A DNA stretch of 64,000 nucleotides from Bacteroides uniformis (GCA_963615155.1 CAVEGP010000001.1:17437-81436), one strand, 5' to 3'; positions 45,289-54,500 are shown, counted from the first letter of the stretch. Program-made: numbers and translations. Notes: generated from the letters alone by a model not told the origin.

Positions 45289-47139
45289 ATGATTCTTCCC
45301 AACTATCGGGGGGGGGGGAACATCATAGACCTTTAGATAGATCCGTTTGCGTCTCTCATCGAGATGTGCTTTCAGATTGCTGGTAAATCCTGGATCATCG
45401 AACAACGCAACAACATAAGGCGCGTATCGTGTTCCCTTCTGAGCACGGAACTCGCTTACCAGATCGTCAACCGATTTTGCCATTGTGTAGCAGCGTCCAA
45501 TATTGTCCGTTGCGGCATCCAGCGAGTCCGCAACGTTCAGAACATCCACGATTGCCTTCATCTCGGCGTTGCAGTTTCCGTATCCCTTCGGGTAACCGCC
45601 CGTCTCATCGTAGAAGCGGTGGTGGAACAGTGCCGCCTGCCCCAGATCGTCTCCACGACCGATCTGAGACAGCGTTTCATAGCCCACCGCCGGATGGCAC
45701 TGGATACATTCAAACTCCTCATCCAACAGTCGGCGGGCGTTCATGCCGATATACATGATGACCGCGCTTTTCCCAAGATCGTGGTACAGACCGCACTTGT
45801 ATGCCATCTCTGTAATCTCGTCCGCATGTGCCCGCAATTCTTCGGTCGTCTGATATCCCATCAGCCCGATCAGGCTCTCCGGATTCTTTTTGATCAGTTG
45901 ACCGATGAAATGCTTTGCCAGCAGAGCGACCATCAGAGAGTGGACATAAGTCGGTCGATGTGCTGCCAGAATGTAGTCCAGCATTCCACGGATGCCGGAG
46001 CTTTCCACCATCGGGAGCGTCTCTACCAGGTCCTGCAGCACCCTGTTCAACACCCGCGGATAACGGGTCGGCGGCAGCTTGTTCAGATATTCCAGACAGC
46101 ACCGCTTGCTGCGCTGGATGCGATTTTCCAGCTTTTCCCTGTCCTTGGAGTCGAGGAAGCCGACATAGCGGTACATATAAGTCGTCAGTCCCAGATTGTT
46201 GTTGATCCCTGTCGATGTAAAGTCCTCGTGATCGACCCGCTCGACCGCATCCAGTGCGCTTTCAACAAGGCTGCGAGCTGTCCCGCGTCCGGCGTGATAC
46301 TTTGCCGCCGCATAGAAAAAGTTCACCCGCCAGTTCTGGAGACGGGCTTCCTCGCCCTGATTTTCCCCGCACTTCTCATAGACATACTTTGCCGATCGAT
46401 AAACCTTTTCGGCGATCTCCGGATCATCATTTTCACGCAGATATGCTAAGATTACAAACCGATCGATGTGTATCCCATAAATAAGGTTGCCCCACGGAAT
46501 TTCCGGATTCAGGTTCTGATAATACGGGTCGGTCATGACTGCCAGAGCGCGTTCAGAAAGTCTCATATAAACACGGCAGGCATCATGGGAGCGTCTTGAA
46601 AGAGCCATCTTGCTGTTTCCAAGACAGCGGATGATGCAATCCCGCGTCTTTGTGTCAAATTCCTCATAGCGGCTGATATAGTCTGCGCCCTCTTGAAAAT
46701 AGGCACGGACACGCGCCCCGAACGTGTTGACGCCCATCCGGTCACTCTTGAGATTCAGGTAGTAGAGCGTCACGCCGCAGTTGTACAGCTCCCGTATGAT
46801 AAACGGTGCGTCTCCACGCAGTCTGGCTGCTTCCAGCAGCAGACAGTGGACCTTATACGCAATGCCGTCGTCCTCGCTGTTCATATAAGCAAACAGCTTT
46901 CCGGCAAATTCGTACAAGGCTTCGATGTCTTCGTCTGTCAACTCCGCAGCCTTTCGGGAAAAGACCCGTTCGTTCAGGATCCGGTTGTTCTCCTTCATCA
47001 CCAAAAACGATTCCGTGGCATTCTTCTGGATGGTATCCAGGATCGTCTGTGCGTCTGTTCCCTGTTCAAATTCCGGTTTTGAGAGTGCGCGAACTTTCCG
47101 CAAATTTTCAATATATCGCTCGCACTGCAAATCTTTCAT
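45250..47139 (-). CDS. HD-GYP domain protein with long uncharacterised N-terminal domain
   Basis: 629-aa ORF; C-terminal HD (LYHDLGK) and HHRFYDETGGYPKG (HHE..DGSGYP-like); the last 22 codons run into the terminator hairpin after a C11 tract, so the 3' end as called is doubtful. Confidence 0.8.
   Translation of the reverse strand: MKDLQCERYIENLRKVRALSKPEFEQGTDAQTILDTIQKNATESFLVMKENNRILNERVFSRKAAELTDEDIEALYEFAGKLFAYMNSEDDGIAYKVHCLLLEAARLRGDAPFIIRELYNCGVTLYYLNLKSDRMGVNTFGARVRAYFQEGADYISRYEEFDTKTRDCIIRCLGNSKMALSRRSHDACRVYMRLSERALAVMTDPYYQNLNPEIPWGNLIYGIHIDRFVILAYLRENDDPEIAEKVYRSAKYVYEKCGENQGEEARLQNWRVNFFYAAAKYHAGRGTARSLVESALDAVERVDHEDFTSTGINNNLGLTTYMYRYVGFLDSKDREKLENRIQRSKRCCLEYLNKLPPTRYPRVLNRVLQDLVETLPMVESSGIRGMLDYILAAHRPTYVHSLMVALLAKHFIGQLIKKNPESLIGLMGYQTTEELRAHADEITEMAYKCGLYHDLGKSAVIMYIGMNARRLLDEEFECIQCHPAVGYETLSQIGRGDDLGQAALFHHRFYDETGGYPKGYGNCNAEMKAIVDVLNVADSLDAATDNIGRCYTMAKSVDDLVSEFRAQKGTRYAPYVVALFDDPGFTSNLKAHLDERRKRIYLKVYDVPPPPIVGKNHKKAAAKHTAIER
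45308..45318. repeat. G11 (C11 on coding strand) homopolymer near the 3' end of the HD-GYP gene
   Basis: aactatc-ggggggggggg-aacatc read directly. Confidence 0.95.
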
Positions 47140-47264
47140 TCATCAGTATCTCCTCAAACCAGCGATTTTTATCTCTGCTGTCTATTATTATACTATCTTC
47201 TCCGTTTCTGTCAACCATTGCGCCGACGCATTTCGGCGCATTCCATTCTTTGATCCCGCAACGA

Positions 47265-47308
47265 ACAAATATCAAAAGCCACCGCAGGCGTTCTCCTGCG
47301 ATGGCTTT
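47265..47308 (-). terminator. Intrinsic terminator after gpmI
   Basis: AAAGCCATCGCAGG-AGAACG-CCTGCGGTGGCTTT followed by TGATATTT on the minus strand. Confidence 0.8.
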
Positions 47309-47342
47309 AAAAAAATCAGATATTCTGCAAAATTCCGTAAAA

Positions 47343-48869
47343 TTACTCCACGATGATGCTCTTGCCGGTCATTTCTGCCGGAACAGGCAGACCGATATAG
47401 GGCAGCATGGTGGGAGCAATATCTGCCAGACAGCCACCCTCACGGAGCTTGACGTCGCCGCAGCCGATCGCCACAAAGGGAACGACATTGGTGGTGTGTG
47501 CCGTGAACGGGGTGCCGTCCGGATTCTTCATCTTCTCTGCGTTGCCGTGGTCAGCAGTCAGGAAGGCGCAACCGCCTGCATTCAGGACAGCGGTGACGAC
47601 TTCTTCAACAGCCTTATCAACGGCCTCAACTGCCTTGACAGCAGCCTCGAACACGCCGGTGTGACCGACCATGTCGCAGTTTGCGAAATTCAGGATGATA
47701 ACATCGTACTTGCCGCTCTCGATGCGAGCCTTGCACTCAGCGGCGACCTCGGGCGCGCTCATCTCGGGCTTGAGGTCATAGGTGGCGACCTTCGGGCTGG
47801 GGATAACGCAGCGATCCTCGCCCTCATAGGGAGCTTCCACGCCGCCATTGAAAAAGAAGGTGACGTGCGCATACTTCTCGGTCTCAGCGATGCGGAGCTG
47901 CGTCTTGCCATTCTCAGACAGATACTGACCCAGAACATTCTTCAGTTCGACCGGAGGATACGCGACCTCACAGTTCGGCATGGTAGCATCGTATTCCGCC
48001 ATACAGACATAATTGACCTGCTTGCGTCCACCGCGACGCTCGAAGCCGGTGAAGGCGTCATCGCAGAAAATGCGGGTCATCTGACGGGCACGGTCAGGGC
48101 GGAAGTTCATGAAGATAACAGTGTCGCCATCCTGCACACGACCGCCCTCGCAGGTGACGCAGGGCAGAACGAACTCGTCAGTCTTGTCGTCCGCATAAGA
48201 AGCCTCGATCGCCTCCTGTGCGTTTGCGGCGTGGTTGCCCTCGCCGTAGACGAAAGCTGCATACGCCTTCTCCTCGCGATCCCAGTTGTTATCGCGATCC
48301 ATTGCGTAGTAACGACCGCTGACGCTGGCGATCTTGCCGACACCCAGCTCATCCAGCTTGGACTGCAGATCGGCGAGGAAGCCCTTGCCGGCGTGCGGAT
48401 CGGTATCACGACCGTCGGTGATGCAGTGCAGATAGACTTCGGATGCGCCCATCTGCTTTGCCATTTCCAGCACGCCGAACCAGTGATCCGCATGGCTGTG
48501 AACGCCGCCTGTGCCGACCAGACCCATCAGGTGGATCGCCTTGCCTGCGTCGATGGCAGCCTCCATGTTCTTGACGAGGACAGGGTTCTTGAGTATCTCA
48601 CCGTCACGGATGGACTTGGTGATGAGGGTAAGCTGCTGGTAAACGATGCGGCCTGCGCCCATGTTGGTGTGACCAACCTCAGAATTACCCATCTGGCCAT
48701 CCGGCAGACCGACTGCCATACCGGAAGCGTCGATGGTCGTCATGGGATATTTTTCCATCAGCGAATCAATGAAAGGCTTTTTTGCGGCAGCCACCGCATT
48801 GCCGTAGGTTTCATTCGGCGTCCAGCCGAAGCCATCCATGATGCACAGAAGAACAGGTTTCTTGGACAT
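47343..48869 (-). CDS. gpmI: 2,3-bisphosphoglycerate-independent phosphoglycerate mutase
   Basis: 508-aa ORF; MSKKPVLLCIMDGFG, GNSEVGH, ADHGNAE iPGM motifs. Confidence 0.95.
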   Translation of the reverse strand: MSKKPVLLCIMDGFGWTPNETYGNAVAAAKKPFIDSLMEKYPMTTIDASGMAVGLPDGQMGNSEVGHTNMGAGRIVYQQLTLITKSIRDGEILKNPVLVKNMEAAIDAGKAIHLMGLVGTGGVHSHADHWFGVLEMAKQMGASEVYLHCITDGRDTDPHAGKGFLADLQSKLDELGVGKIASVSGRYYAMDRDNNWDREEKAYAAFVYGEGNHAANAQEAIEASYADDKTDEFVLPCVTCEGGRVQDGDTVIFMNFRPDRARQMTRIFCDDAFTGFERRGGRKQVNYVCMAEYDATMPNCEVAYPPVELKNVLGQYLSENGKTQLRIAETEKYAHVTFFFNGGVEAPYEGEDRCVIPSPKVATYDLKPEMSAPEVAAECKARIESGKYDVIILNFANCDMVGHTGVFEAAVKAVEAVDKAVEEVVTAVLNAGGCAFLTADHGNAEKMKNPDGTPFTAHTTNVVPFVAIGCGDVKLREGGCLADIAPTMLPYIGLPVPAEMTGKSIIVE

Positions 48870-48897
48870 ATTGGTATTTACTCCTTAAATTTTAAGC

Positions 48898-49668
48898 TTA
48901 GCCCTTGGTTGCAGCGTTGACGATGACCGCGAAATCCGGAGCCTTCAGGGATGCGCCGCCGATCAGACCGCCGTCAACGTCCTTCTTGCTCAGCAGCTCC
49001 TCGCAGTTCTTGGCGTTCATGCTGCCGCCGTACTGAACCGTGGTAGCCTCTGCGACTGCCTCGCCGTAGACCTCGCCGATGACCTTGCGGATCTGAGCGC
49101 AGACTTCCTCAGCCTGCTCTGCGGTCGCGGTTTTGCCCGTACCGATCGCCCAGATGGGCTCGTAAGCGATGACAACATTTGCCATCTGCTCCGCCGTAAC
49201 GTCACGCAGAGCGATCTTGGTCTGCATCCGCACCAGCTCCTCGGTGACGCCCTCTTCACGCTGCTGCAGGCTCTCACCCACGCAGATGATGACCTTCAGA
49301 CCAGCATTCAGCGCAGCCAGAGCACGCTTGTTGACGGTCTGGTCAGTCTCCGCAAAGTACTGACGACGCTCGGAGTGACCGACGATAACATACTCAACGC
49401 CCAGATCGACCAGCATATCTGCGCTGATCTCGCCGGTGAACGCGCCGGACTTCTCGAAATGGACGTTCTCAGCACCGACGTGGATGTTGGTACCCTTGGT
49501 CTTCCCGACAGCGGTCACCAAGTCGGTGTACGGGGTGCAGATAACGACCTCACAGCCTGCGTCCTTGACGGCAGGGATCAGCTCATCGACCAGCTTTGCA
49601 GCCTCGGTCGCGGTCTTGTTCATTTTCCAGTTGCCAGCAATAATGGCCTTGCGCTTTGCCTTATCCAT
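48898..49668 (-). CDS. tpiA: Triosephosphate isomerase
   Basis: 256-aa ORF; [26 protein letters not shown] motifs. Confidence 0.96.
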   Translation of the reverse strand: MDKAKRKAIIAGNWKMNKTATEAAKLVDELIPAVKDAGCEVVICTPYTDLVTAVGKTKGTNIHVGAENVHFEKSGAFTGEISADMLVDLGVEYVIVGHSERRQYFAETDQTVNKRALAALNAGLKVIICVGESLQQREEGVTEELVRMQTKIALRDVTAEQMANVVIAYEPIWAIGTGKTATAEQAEEVCAQIRKVIGEVYGEAVAEATTVQYGGSMNAKNCEELLSKKDVDGGLIGGASLKAPDFAVIVNAATKG

Positions 49669-49721
49669 TGTAGTGTTCTCCTTTTACTTTTTTAATATCT
49701 ACGCTTCACCGTCAGCAAGCT

Positions 49722-49819
49722 CGCCCTCTCCGTCATCGCTGCGCGATGCCACCTCCCCCAAAGTGGGAGGCTTGGCTCTCCCTCTGGGAGAGCTGTAACC
49801 GAAGTTGACTGAGAGGGCG
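49722..49819. repeat. Compact two-unit version of the repeat between pgk and tpiA
   Basis: CGCCCTCTCCGTCATCGCTGCGCGATGCCACCTCCC-CCAAA-GTGGGAGGC TTG GCTCTCCCTCTGGGAGAGCTGTAACCGAAGTTGACTGAGAGGGCG; 9-bp perfect terminal inverted repeat. Confidence 0.88.
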
Positions 49820-49835
49820 AAGAAGCTAACGGCAA

Positions 49836-49870
49836 CAATAAAAAGTGCGGCGGCGAAACTGCCGCCGCAC
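49836..49870 (-). terminator. Strong intrinsic terminator directly after pgk
   Basis: Minus strand GTGCGGCGGC-AGTTTC-GCCGCCGCAC followed by TTTTTATTGTT. Confidence 0.85.
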
Positions 49871-49893
49871 CTGTCAGGATGCTACTTGAAACC

Positions 49894-51102
49894 TTATGCG
49901 TTCTGGATCACTGCGATGCCGGGCAGCTCCTTGCCCTCCAGATACTCCAGAGATGCGCCGCCGCCGGTGGAAATATGGGTCATCTTGTCGCCCAGACCCA
50001 TCTGCTGAACAGCTGCCGCGCTGTCGCCGCCGCCGATCACGGTGGTAGCGTCGCTCTCAGCCATAGCCTTCGCAACAGCCAGCGTGCCGGCTGCCAGAGT
50101 CGGGTTCTCGAACACGCCCATCGGTCCGTTCCAGACAACGGTCTTGGAAGCCTTGACAGCGTCTGCGAAGAGCTTCATGGTCTCAGGACCGATGTCGCAG
50201 CCTTCCATATCAGCCGGAATCGCGGTGACCGGAACAATGGTAGTCTCGACGGGAGCGTCGATGGGATCGGGGAAGTTTGCCACACAAGCGGTATCAACGG
50301 GCAGGAGCAGCTTGACGCCCTTCTCCTGAGCCTTCGCCATCATCTCCTTGCAGTAGTCCAGCTTGGAGTCGTCGCACAGACTCTTGCCGACCTCATAGCC
50401 CTGTGCCTTGATGAAGGTATAAGCCATGCCGCCGCCGATGATGAGGGTATCGACCTTCTCCAGCAGGTTGGAGATAACGTTCAGCTTGTCCGCAACCTTT
50501 GCGCCGCCTAGAATTGCGGTGAAGGGACGGACAGGATCGTTGACTGCGTTGCCCAGATACTTGATCTCCTTCTCCATCAGGTAGCCGACAGCGGTATCCT
50601 TGACGTAGTCGGTGACGCCTGCGGTGGAGCAGTGCGCACGGTGGCAGCTTCCGAATGCGTCATCAACATACGCATCCGCCAGAGAAGCAAGATCCTGAGA
50701 GAACTCAGGCATATTCTTGGTCTCTTCCTTGCGGAAACGGGTGTTCTGCAGCAGGACAACATCGCCGTTGTTCATAGCGGCAACAGCAGCCTTTGCGTTC
50801 TCGCCGACAACATTATCATCGTCTGCAAAGACAACGGTCTTGCCGAGCTTCGCGCTCAGGGCAACCGCAACAGGTGCGAGGCTGAACTTTGCCTCAGGAC
50901 CATTCTTGGGTTTGCCCAGATGGCTGCACAGGATGACCTTTGCGCCGTCGTTGACAAGCTTCTGGATGGTGGGCAGAGCCGCATTGATGCGGTTCTCATT
51001 GGTGATGACGCCGTCCTTCATCGGGACGTTGAAATCGCAGCGGACAAGCACCTTCTTGCCGCAGTAATTCTGATCGTCGATCGTCTTCTTACCTAAACCC
51101 AT
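49894..51102 (-). CDS. pgk: Phosphoglycerate kinase
   Basis: 402-aa ORF; [23 protein letters not shown] motifs. Confidence 0.96.
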   Translation of the reverse strand: MGLGKKTIDDQNYCGKKVLVRCDFNVPMKDGVITNENRINAALPTIQKLVNDGAKVILCSHLGKPKNGPEAKFSLAPVAVALSAKLGKTVVFADDDNVVGENAKAAVAAMNNGDVVLLQNTRFRKEETKNMPEFSQDLASLADAYVDDAFGSCHRAHCSTAGVTDYVKDTAVGYLMEKEIKYLGNAVNDPVRPFTAILGGAKVADKLNVISNLLEKVDTLIIGGGMAYTFIKAQGYEVGKSLCDDSKLDYCKEMMAKAQEKGVKLLLPVDTACVANFPDPIDAPVETTIVPVTAIPADMEGCDIGPETMKLFADAVKASKTVVWNGPMGVFENPTLAAGTLAVAKAMAESDATTVIGGGDSAAAVQQMGLGDKMTHISTGGGASLEYLEGKELPGIAVIQNA

Positions 51103-51178
51103 GGTAATTATCTCCTCTCAATTCTTTTCTCGGAATCGAATTTCGCTCACTCTCGGGGCTTTGCGCTCCTATATTCTT

Positions 51179-51207
51179 ATTATAAACAAAAACCATGTGT
51201 ATTGCAA
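51179..51207 (-). promoter_or_regulatory. Candidate pgk promoter
   Basis: TTGCAA (51207-51202) - 17 nt - TATAAT (51184-51179). Confidence 0.55.
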
Positions 51208-51309
51208 GGACAAGGGATAGATAATTTATTAACAAACATTTCCTGTACTTGCACGGAAAAGTGTCTATTTTGACAGGTTTGCAGAATATGGCTTAAATTT
51301 TGCATCCTC

Positions 51310-51608
51310 GCCCTCTCAGTCTCGCGTTGCTCGACAGCTCTCCCAAAGGGAGAGCCACTGGCGTGCCGGGCAAGTCTGAGCAAATCGAAAAGAAACCATT
51401 TCACGCAAAAGCGATGGCCTTGCTGTTCCCACCAGCAACTATATAACCAAAACAGCCCTGCGGACTGGATTCAGAAGTATCTGAACCGAGACAACAGGGC
51501 TATCTTCTTTTATCTTTTGTAGAAACTTCGTGCGTCTTTTGTAGACTGCACCAATTTGCCAAGGGCTCTCCCTTTGGGAGAGCTGTCACCGCAGGTGACT
51601 GAGAGGGC
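51310..51608. repeat. Long MITE-like version of the repeat, homologous to 24695-24945
   Basis: Left unit 51310-51362, right unit 51556-51608; 12-bp perfect terminal inverted repeat GCCCTCTCAGTC/GACTGAGAGGGC. Cargo hairpin AGCCCTG...CAGGGCT (51454-51501) shares TGCGG.CTGGATT and GACAACAGGGCT with the 24784-24845 hairpin. Confidence 0.85.
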
Positions 51609-51610
51609 TA

Positions 51611-51811
51611 TTATTTGATATCCAGTTCCGGCGGCACGTCGATCTGGTCGGAGACATATTTGCCGTTCTTCTTCCGCTGACGGACACACTCGGTGAGGAG
51701 ATACTCGATCTGACCGTTCACCGAACGGAAGTCATCCTCTGCCCAGGCAGCAATGGCATCGTAGAGCTTCGCGTTCAGACGGAGCGGAACCTGTTTTTTT
51801 TGCTCTGCCAT
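51611..51811 (-). CDS. Ribbon-helix-helix (Arc/MetJ-like) DNA-binding protein
   Basis: 66-aa ORF; VPLRLNAKLYDAIAAWAEDDFRSVNGQIEYLL = beta strand plus two helices of the RHH fold; ATG overlaps the SPFH stop (TGATG). Confidence 0.7.
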   Translation of the reverse strand: MAEQKKQVPLRLNAKLYDAIAAWAEDDFRSVNGQIEYLLTECVRQRKKNGKYVSDQIDVPPELDIK

Positions 51812-52842
51812 CAGTAGAGACTGCCGCTGTTCACGATGGGCTGTGCGTCACGGTTGCCGCACAGCACCACCAGAAGATTCGAGACCATTGCTGCCTTGCG
51901 TTCGTCATCCAACTCGACCACCTTATTTTCGCTGAGACGATCCAGAGCCATTTCCACCATGCCGACTGCACCATCGACGATCATCTTGCGTGCGTCGATG
52001 ATGGCACTTGCCTGTTGACGCTGGAGCATGACCGCTGCAATTTCGGGAGCGTATGCCAAATAGGTAATGCGTGCTTCGACGATCTCAATGCCAGCATCGG
52101 CGACCTTTTTCTGAATTTCATCTTGGATACGCTTTGCCACGATTTCCGAAGAGCCGCGCAGGCTTCCCTCATCTGCCACGCCGTCGCCGGTGGTATCCAC
52201 ATTGGGAGCCACATCATAGGGATAGATGCGGACGACATTGCGGAGTGCGCTGTCGCACTGCAAGGAGAGATATTCTTTGTAGTTATCCACATTGAAGACG
52301 GCCTTTGCAGTATCAGTTACACGCCAGATGACCGCGATGCCAATTTCAACCGGGTTGCCGAGGCAGTCGTTGATCTTCTGACGAGAGTTGTTCAGGGTCA
52401 TCATCTTGAGGGAAATTTTCTTGCTGGTGGTTTCCAGCGCAGCCTGTGTGTTCTGAGTGTTGCTGCCCTTGAACATCGCCGTCATTGCGTTTTCGCCGCT
52501 GTTGACGTCGCCGCTCTGGCTCAGCTTGGTGCCTGCGGCTGGGTTGACGGCAGTGCAGAACGGGTTGACCCAGTAGAAACCCTGACCTTTCAGGGTGCCG
52601 ATGTAGTCACCGAACAGGGTAAGTACCAGTGCTTCCTGCGGCTTCAGGACTTTCAGTCCGCAGAGCAGGATCACACCAACGATCGTGTAAACGATCGCTA
52701 CAACGATCAAAGCATGTCCCAGCACAGTACTGTCCTGCACAATGCCGTAAACAAACGCAGCAATTGCGGCAGCATAACCCAGCAGGATCAGCAACAGCAT
52801 CACCATGCCGTTCTTTTTGGTTTGCAGAATCTTCTCTTCCAT
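51811..52842 (-). CDS. SPFH/Band 7 (stomatin/flotillin-like) membrane protein
   Basis: 343-aa ORF; two N-terminal TM helices followed by an SPFH-like core (...[21 protein letters not shown]). Confidence 0.75.
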   Translation of the reverse strand: MEEKILQTKKNGMVMLLLILLGYAAAIAAFVYGIVQDSTVLGHALIVVAIVYTIVGVILLCGLKVLKPQEALVLTLFGDYIGTLKGQGFYWVNPFCTAVNPAAGTKLSQSGDVNSGENAMTAMFKGSNTQNTQAALETTSKKISLKMMTLNNSRQKINDCLGNPVEIGIAVIWRVTDTAKAVFNVDNYKEYLSLQCDSALRNVVRIYPYDVAPNVDTTGDGVADEGSLRGSSEIVAKRIQDEIQKKVADAGIEIVEARITYLAYAPEIAAVMLQRQQASAIIDARKMIVDGAVGMVEMALDRLSENKVVELDDERKAAMVSNLLVVLCGNRDAQPIVNSGSLY

Positions 52843-52878
52843 GATAATCCCTCCTTAACGGGTCGGAAGTGTTCCTTT

Positions 52879-52918
52879 GTGATATCAGAATCATATCACT
52901 TTGTCTTTGATTTGTCAA
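52879..52918 (-). promoter_or_regulatory. Promoter of the SPFH-RHH operon with palindrome overlapping the -10 box (candidate RHH operator)
   Basis: TTGACA (52918-52913) - 17 nt - TATGAT (52895-52890); inverted repeat GTGATAT-N7-ATATCAC at 52879-52899. Confidence 0.5.
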
Positions 52919-53000
52919 GCATTCCCGCAAACTCCTTTTGATCCCACAACAGAAGCCCCCGATGCCTTTTTCGCACCGAGGGCTTTGTATTTATATGCTC

Positions 53001-53756
53001 TTATACACTCGTTTCTTTGTCTACGACCTGAATCTTGCCCTTCTTCCACAAAACGTAAGAAGTAAGGATCCCGATCGGGAGCATCACGATGATAAAGATA
53101 CCCACAAGACCGCCCAATATCGAACCATAGCCTGCCACACGAGCCACGATGGACAGCACCGTCATAATGATCAGCACCGGAAGAACCCCCTTGATTCCGC
53201 CCTTGACGACCTTGCTGCCACTGGAAGAGCTTGCAAACAGTCCCAGTGCCATCGAACCAAACAAGGCAGGGAGCAGATAACCGGACGCCGTTTTGACAGC
53301 AGGAAGCTCAAACACCGGACTGATAAAGGAAGCACACACCGCCGCCAGGGTCAAGATCGCCACGGTCATTAAAGAAGAAACCGCTACCGCCACCGATGCA
53401 ACCGCCTCGCCTTCCGGCGTGTTGGGCTGCTTTTTGGTCAGGTTCATGGCATTGGCCGCCACCGGAAGCTTCAGGTTCATAATATTTCCGGTGATAAAAG
53501 CCAGATATGCCGAGCATCCCAGAATAGGGGTATAGCTCAACGCCTCCGAAAATCCGACCGGAATATAAACCAGCAGAACGCTGAATGTTGTAACATTGAA
53601 TACCTCACCAAAGGAAGGAACGCTGTCGTAGGCTGCCAGCACGATGAACGGGAGAACGATCATATAGATCAATGCGATCAACGTTCCCACACGTCCCCAG
53701 CGATGCGCCCAGCTCTGAAAGGAGTCTGTCTTGATTTCATTTTTATCGGCTTTCAT
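53001..53756 (-). CDS. Uncharacterised polytopic membrane protein
   Basis: 251-aa ORF, about 6 hydrophobic helices, GC3-biased codons; no motif I can name. Confidence 0.65.
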   Translation of the reverse strand: MKADKNEIKTDSFQSWAHRWGRVGTLIALIYMIVLPFIVLAAYDSVPSFGEVFNVTTFSVLLVYIPVGFSEALSYTPILGCSAYLAFITGNIMNLKLPVAANAMNLTKKQPNTPEGEAVASVAVAVSSLMTVAILTLAAVCASFISPVFELPAVKTASGYLLPALFGSMALGLFASSSSGSKVVKGGIKGVLPVLIIMTVLSIVARVAGYGSILGGLVGIFIIVMLPIGILTSYVLWKKGKIQVVDKETSV

Positions 53757-53771
53757 GTCAATGTCCTCCTG

Positions 53772-54500
53772 TTATCCGAAAATCTTCACCCATGCAAGAG
53801 AGGAAAGAAGTCCGCCCAGCATCGAGAACGCCATAACGAAATTGTTCAGCCATCCAAGCCCCTGCTTTCTCGCAAGCATACTTACCGCCAACGCAATGAC
53901 AAGACCGGTCAGCATGACCGCTGCCTGTACATTATCGGTAAACAGCAGGATGGGGATATATACTGAGAACATCACCAGCATAAAAACGCCCGACAGAACA
54001 TTTTTCCAAGTGCTTCCGCCGTTATCCGCCGCCGAACGATCGACACTGCGGCAAATCTTCTTGCCAAACGGAAGAAGGATCAAAAAACCGCTGAGCATAC
54101 CCACGCTCATCAGGATCATCACCACGCCAAACTGACGTCCGGTTGCGCTTTCCAGCATTTCTGCGGAGGAAGCGTATCCCAACACCTGTGCAATGGAGCT
54201 TGAGATCATCGTCTCATACGAGAGAGAGCCGATGACCGACAGACGCCACCAGGCCCACACGCTGCCCAGCACTGCGATCAGTACAAATAATCCGACCACA
54301 ATCGACAGACTGGGAACGACCGAAAATACAAGGCTGGACTTTATCACATTGCGCAGCTCCTGCTTTGTAATGCCCAGCTCCAGACAATGGTCATAAGCCT
54401 TTTTCAGATAGACCAGTGAGAAGCCCGCGATATAAACCAGACCGCCGATCACCAGTGCCAGCAGCAACGGACTCTGGATGATATCTTTCATCGTCGCCAT
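53772..54500 (-). CDS. Uncharacterised polytopic membrane protein
   Basis: Preferred ATG 54500 after GAGGGAGGAAG (ORF track start 54641); about 6 hydrophobic helices; 15 nt upstream of the next membrane gene. Confidence 0.65.
   Translation of the reverse strand: MATMKDIIQSPLLLALVIGGLVYIAGFSLVYLKKAYDHCLELGITKQELRNVIKSSLVFSVVPSLSIVVGLFVLIAVLGSVWAWWRLSVIGSLSYETMISSSIAQVLGYASSAEMLESATGRQFGVVMILMSVGMLSGFLILLPFGKKICRSVDRSAADNGGSTWKNVLSGVFMLVMFSVYIPILLFTDNVQAAVMLTGLVIALAVSMLARKQGLGWLNNFVMAFSMLGGLLSSLAWVKIFG

Noticed and set aside
44334-47139. Patatin-like phospholipase next to an HD-GYP protein as a cyclic-nucleotide (CBASS-like) defence module
   Set aside because: The genes are convergent and separated by a bidirectional terminator. 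There is no CD-NTase/cyclase or other sensor. Both families are common stand-alone housekeeping or signalling genes.
51611-52842. SPFH + RHH as a toxin-antitoxin or phage-defence pair
   Set aside because: There is no recognisable toxin fold. The RHH gene is downstream, not upstream as in most type II TA loci. No other defence genes or mobile-element markers are nearby. It is kept only as an autoregulated-operon hypothesis.
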